Below, piece by piece: positions 15,953 through 17,341 of a stretch of 17,341 nt of DNA. The DNA comes from Fidelibacterota bacterium. GTDB taxonomy: Bacteria; Fidelibacterota; JAANXI01. The notes beneath the pieces are model-generated. The model saw only the letters and a program-made list of their open reading frames with translations. It was not told where the DNA came from and made no database searches. Within the stretch, counting starts at the first letter, position 1, and the number at the start of each line of letters is the position of its first letter. Where the stretch lies: contig JAANXI010000075.1 in the NCBI GenBank assembly GCA_018263365.1, positions 1-17,341 of the forward strand. The letters run 5' to 3'. Made by a program: the position numbers and the translations under genes.

Positions 15953-15983
15953 AGTGCGGTTCTCCCTGTTTTACATTTTGCTG

Positions 15984-16937
15984 ATGGCCAAGTCCACTAT
16001 TCTGGTCGGCGGTCAGGCTGTCATTGAGGGCGTGATGATGCGCGTCCCCGGCGGCTATGCCACGGCGGTGCGCCGCAAAGACGGTTCGATGACGATTGCC
16101 AATCACGACTACGAGCCGCTGACGCAGCGTTATCGCTGGGCCAAGTGGCCGATTGTGCGTGGGGTGATCGCGCTGTTCGAGTCCATGAAAATCGGCATGG
16201 GCACGCTGCAGTGGTCGGCAGATATTGCGATGCGGGACGAGGAAGAAAACCCTGATGATTATAAAGAGAGCAAACTGGCGACATTCCTGACGACTGCGTT
16301 TGCTCTGTTGCTAGGCATCGGACTATTCCTGGTGGCGCCGCTCTGGATTACAACGAAAATCCTTAATATTGAGCAGGACATGTTGGCATTTAATCTGGTT
16401 GCCGGCGGCTTTCGTATTGCTTTTTTCCTGATTTACCTCATTATTATTTCCCGTATGGAAGATGTGAGGCGCCTGTTTGAGTATCATGGCGCGGAGCACA
16501 AAGTGGTGTTCAATTTCGAATCCGGGCTGGATTTATCCTGGGAGAACACCAAGAAGTTCACCACATTTCATCCGAGATGCGGTACGAGTTTTTTGTTCAT
16601 CGTGTTGATCTTAGCCATCCTGTTATACGCCCTCCTGGATACTGGCCTGATGGCCGCGCTTGGTACTATCACGTTGCCGATCCGCGTGGTCGGGCATCTT
16701 GCGTTTCTACCGCTGGTTGCCGGGATCTCGTATGAGTTCATTAAACTCACCAGTGCCAATATGGATAAAGCATTCTACCGTGGACTAGCCAAACCGGGAT
16801 TATGGCTCCAACGGATTACCACGAGTGAACCGGATGAAAGCCAGGTTGAAGTGGCCATCACCGCTTTGAAAAACGCCTTCGGAGAACAGTTCGACGAATT
16901 CGCCGGCAAAGAATATGTGGCGGAGGCGGTAGCATGA
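15984..16937 (+). CDS. DUF1385 family integral membrane protein (YqhQ-like), function unknown
   Basis: MAKSTILVGGQAVIEGVMMR... is the family's N-terminal signature. The EYHGAEHKV motif and several TM helices are present. The track start at 15870 overlaps rpmE in another frame and was trimmed to the ATG at 15984; GTG at 15954 is an alternative. The stop overlaps the prfA ATG (ATGA). Confidence 0.85.
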   Translation: MAKSTILVGGQAVIEGVMMRVPGGYATAVRRKDGSMTIANHDYEPLTQRYRWAKWPIVRGVIALFESMKIGMGTLQWSADIAMRDEEENPDDYKESKLATFLTTAFALLLGIGLFLVAPLWITTKILNIEQDMLAFNLVAGGFRIAFFLIYLIIISRMEDVRRLFEYHGAEHKVVFNFESGLDLSWENTKKFTTFHPRCGTSFLFIVLILAILLYALLDTGLMAALGTITLPIRVVGHLAFLPLVAGISYEFIKLTSANMDKAFYRGLAKPGLWLQRITTSEPDESQVEVAITALKNAFGEQFDEFAGKEYVAEAVA

Positions 16938-17341
16938 GCGATAACAATTTCGCCGAACTCCTGGAAAAACTGGACAAGGTAGAGGCCCGGTACAACGAGA
17001 TCACGCAGAAACTTGCCGATCCGAACATCATCGCCAATAACAAGAAATTTCGGGAGCTATCCAAAGAGCATAACGAACTGACGGAAATCGTCGAGGCGTA
17101 CAAGCCGCTCAAGGAGGTTACTCAGCAGATCAAAGAGGACGAGGAAATTCTGGAGAGCGACGATGAGGAGCTGAAGGCACTCGTCAACGATGAACTTGAC
17201 GAGTTAAAAGAGCAACGGGAAAAGATGGCGCAGAATCTCCGGACGATGTTGGTGCCCAAAGATCCCAATGATGAGAAGAACACTATTGTCGAGATCCGGG
17301 CCGGCACCGGCGGCGACGAAGCCGCGCTGTTCGCCTCGGAT
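16934..17341 (+). CDS. prfA: Peptide chain release factor 1, 5' partial (truncated by the window end)
   Basis: It is absent from the ORF track because there is no stop in the window. My translation: MSDNNFAELLEKLDKVEARYNEITQKLADPNIIANNKKFRELSKEHNELTEIVEAYKPL...MLVPKDPNDEKNTIVEIRAGTGGDEAALFASD. The EIRAGTGGDEAALFA motif is RF1-specific, not RF2. Confidence 0.95.
   Translation, partial: MSDNNFAELLEKLDKVEARYNEITQKLADPNIIANNKKFRELSKEHNELTEIVEAYKPLKEVTQQIKEDEEILESDDEELKALVNDELDELKEQREKMAQNLRTMLVPKDPNDEKNTIVEIRAGTGGDEAALFASD

Noticed and set aside
15870-15983. The ORF-track extension of the DUF1385 gene overlapping rpmE
   Set aside because: It overlaps the L31 coding sequence in another frame and encodes a basic low-complexity stretch. 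Family members begin a few residues before GGQAVIEGVMMR, which fits the ATG at 15984.

Overview
The window is almost entirely a co-directional (+ strand) stretch of core genome from an unidentified diderm bacterium. GC looks roughly balanced by eye. Shine-Dalgarno sites and one near-consensus sigma70 promoter are visible. Recognisable housekeeping genes, in order: a divergent FemAB-like acyltransferase (- strand), eno, ftsB/divIC-like, a murein amidase, murI, folC, rho, an aspartate aminotransferase, rpmE, a DUF1385 membrane protein, and the 5' part of prfA, which runs off the window end and is missing from the ORF track. I saw no tRNA, rRNA, CRISPR array, transposase, integrase or phage gene. 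The one non-ordinary block is 3061-10813. It holds a flagellar-type MotA/MotB stator pair with no flagellar or chemotaxis gene nearby. The pair is flanked by three uncharacterised proteins of 612, 269 and 616 aa. Each has a signal peptide and a C-terminal aromatic beta-signal, so I predict they are outer-membrane beta-barrels. From motA onward the genes are packed tightly (gaps of 19, 14, -74, 6, -4 and -4 nt) through an AMIN-domain amidase, murI and folC, and ftsB lies just upstream. I read this as a candidate uncharacterised proton-motive-force-driven envelope machine, either Tol-Pal-like and linked to division, or Agl-Glt/Nfs-like. An ordinary flagellar stator that happens to sit here cannot be excluded from this window alone. 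All family calls rest on motif recognition by eye, with no database search. Several ORF-track starts are too long and were trimmed: eno, folC, the aminotransferase, DUF1385 and the FemAB-like gene.
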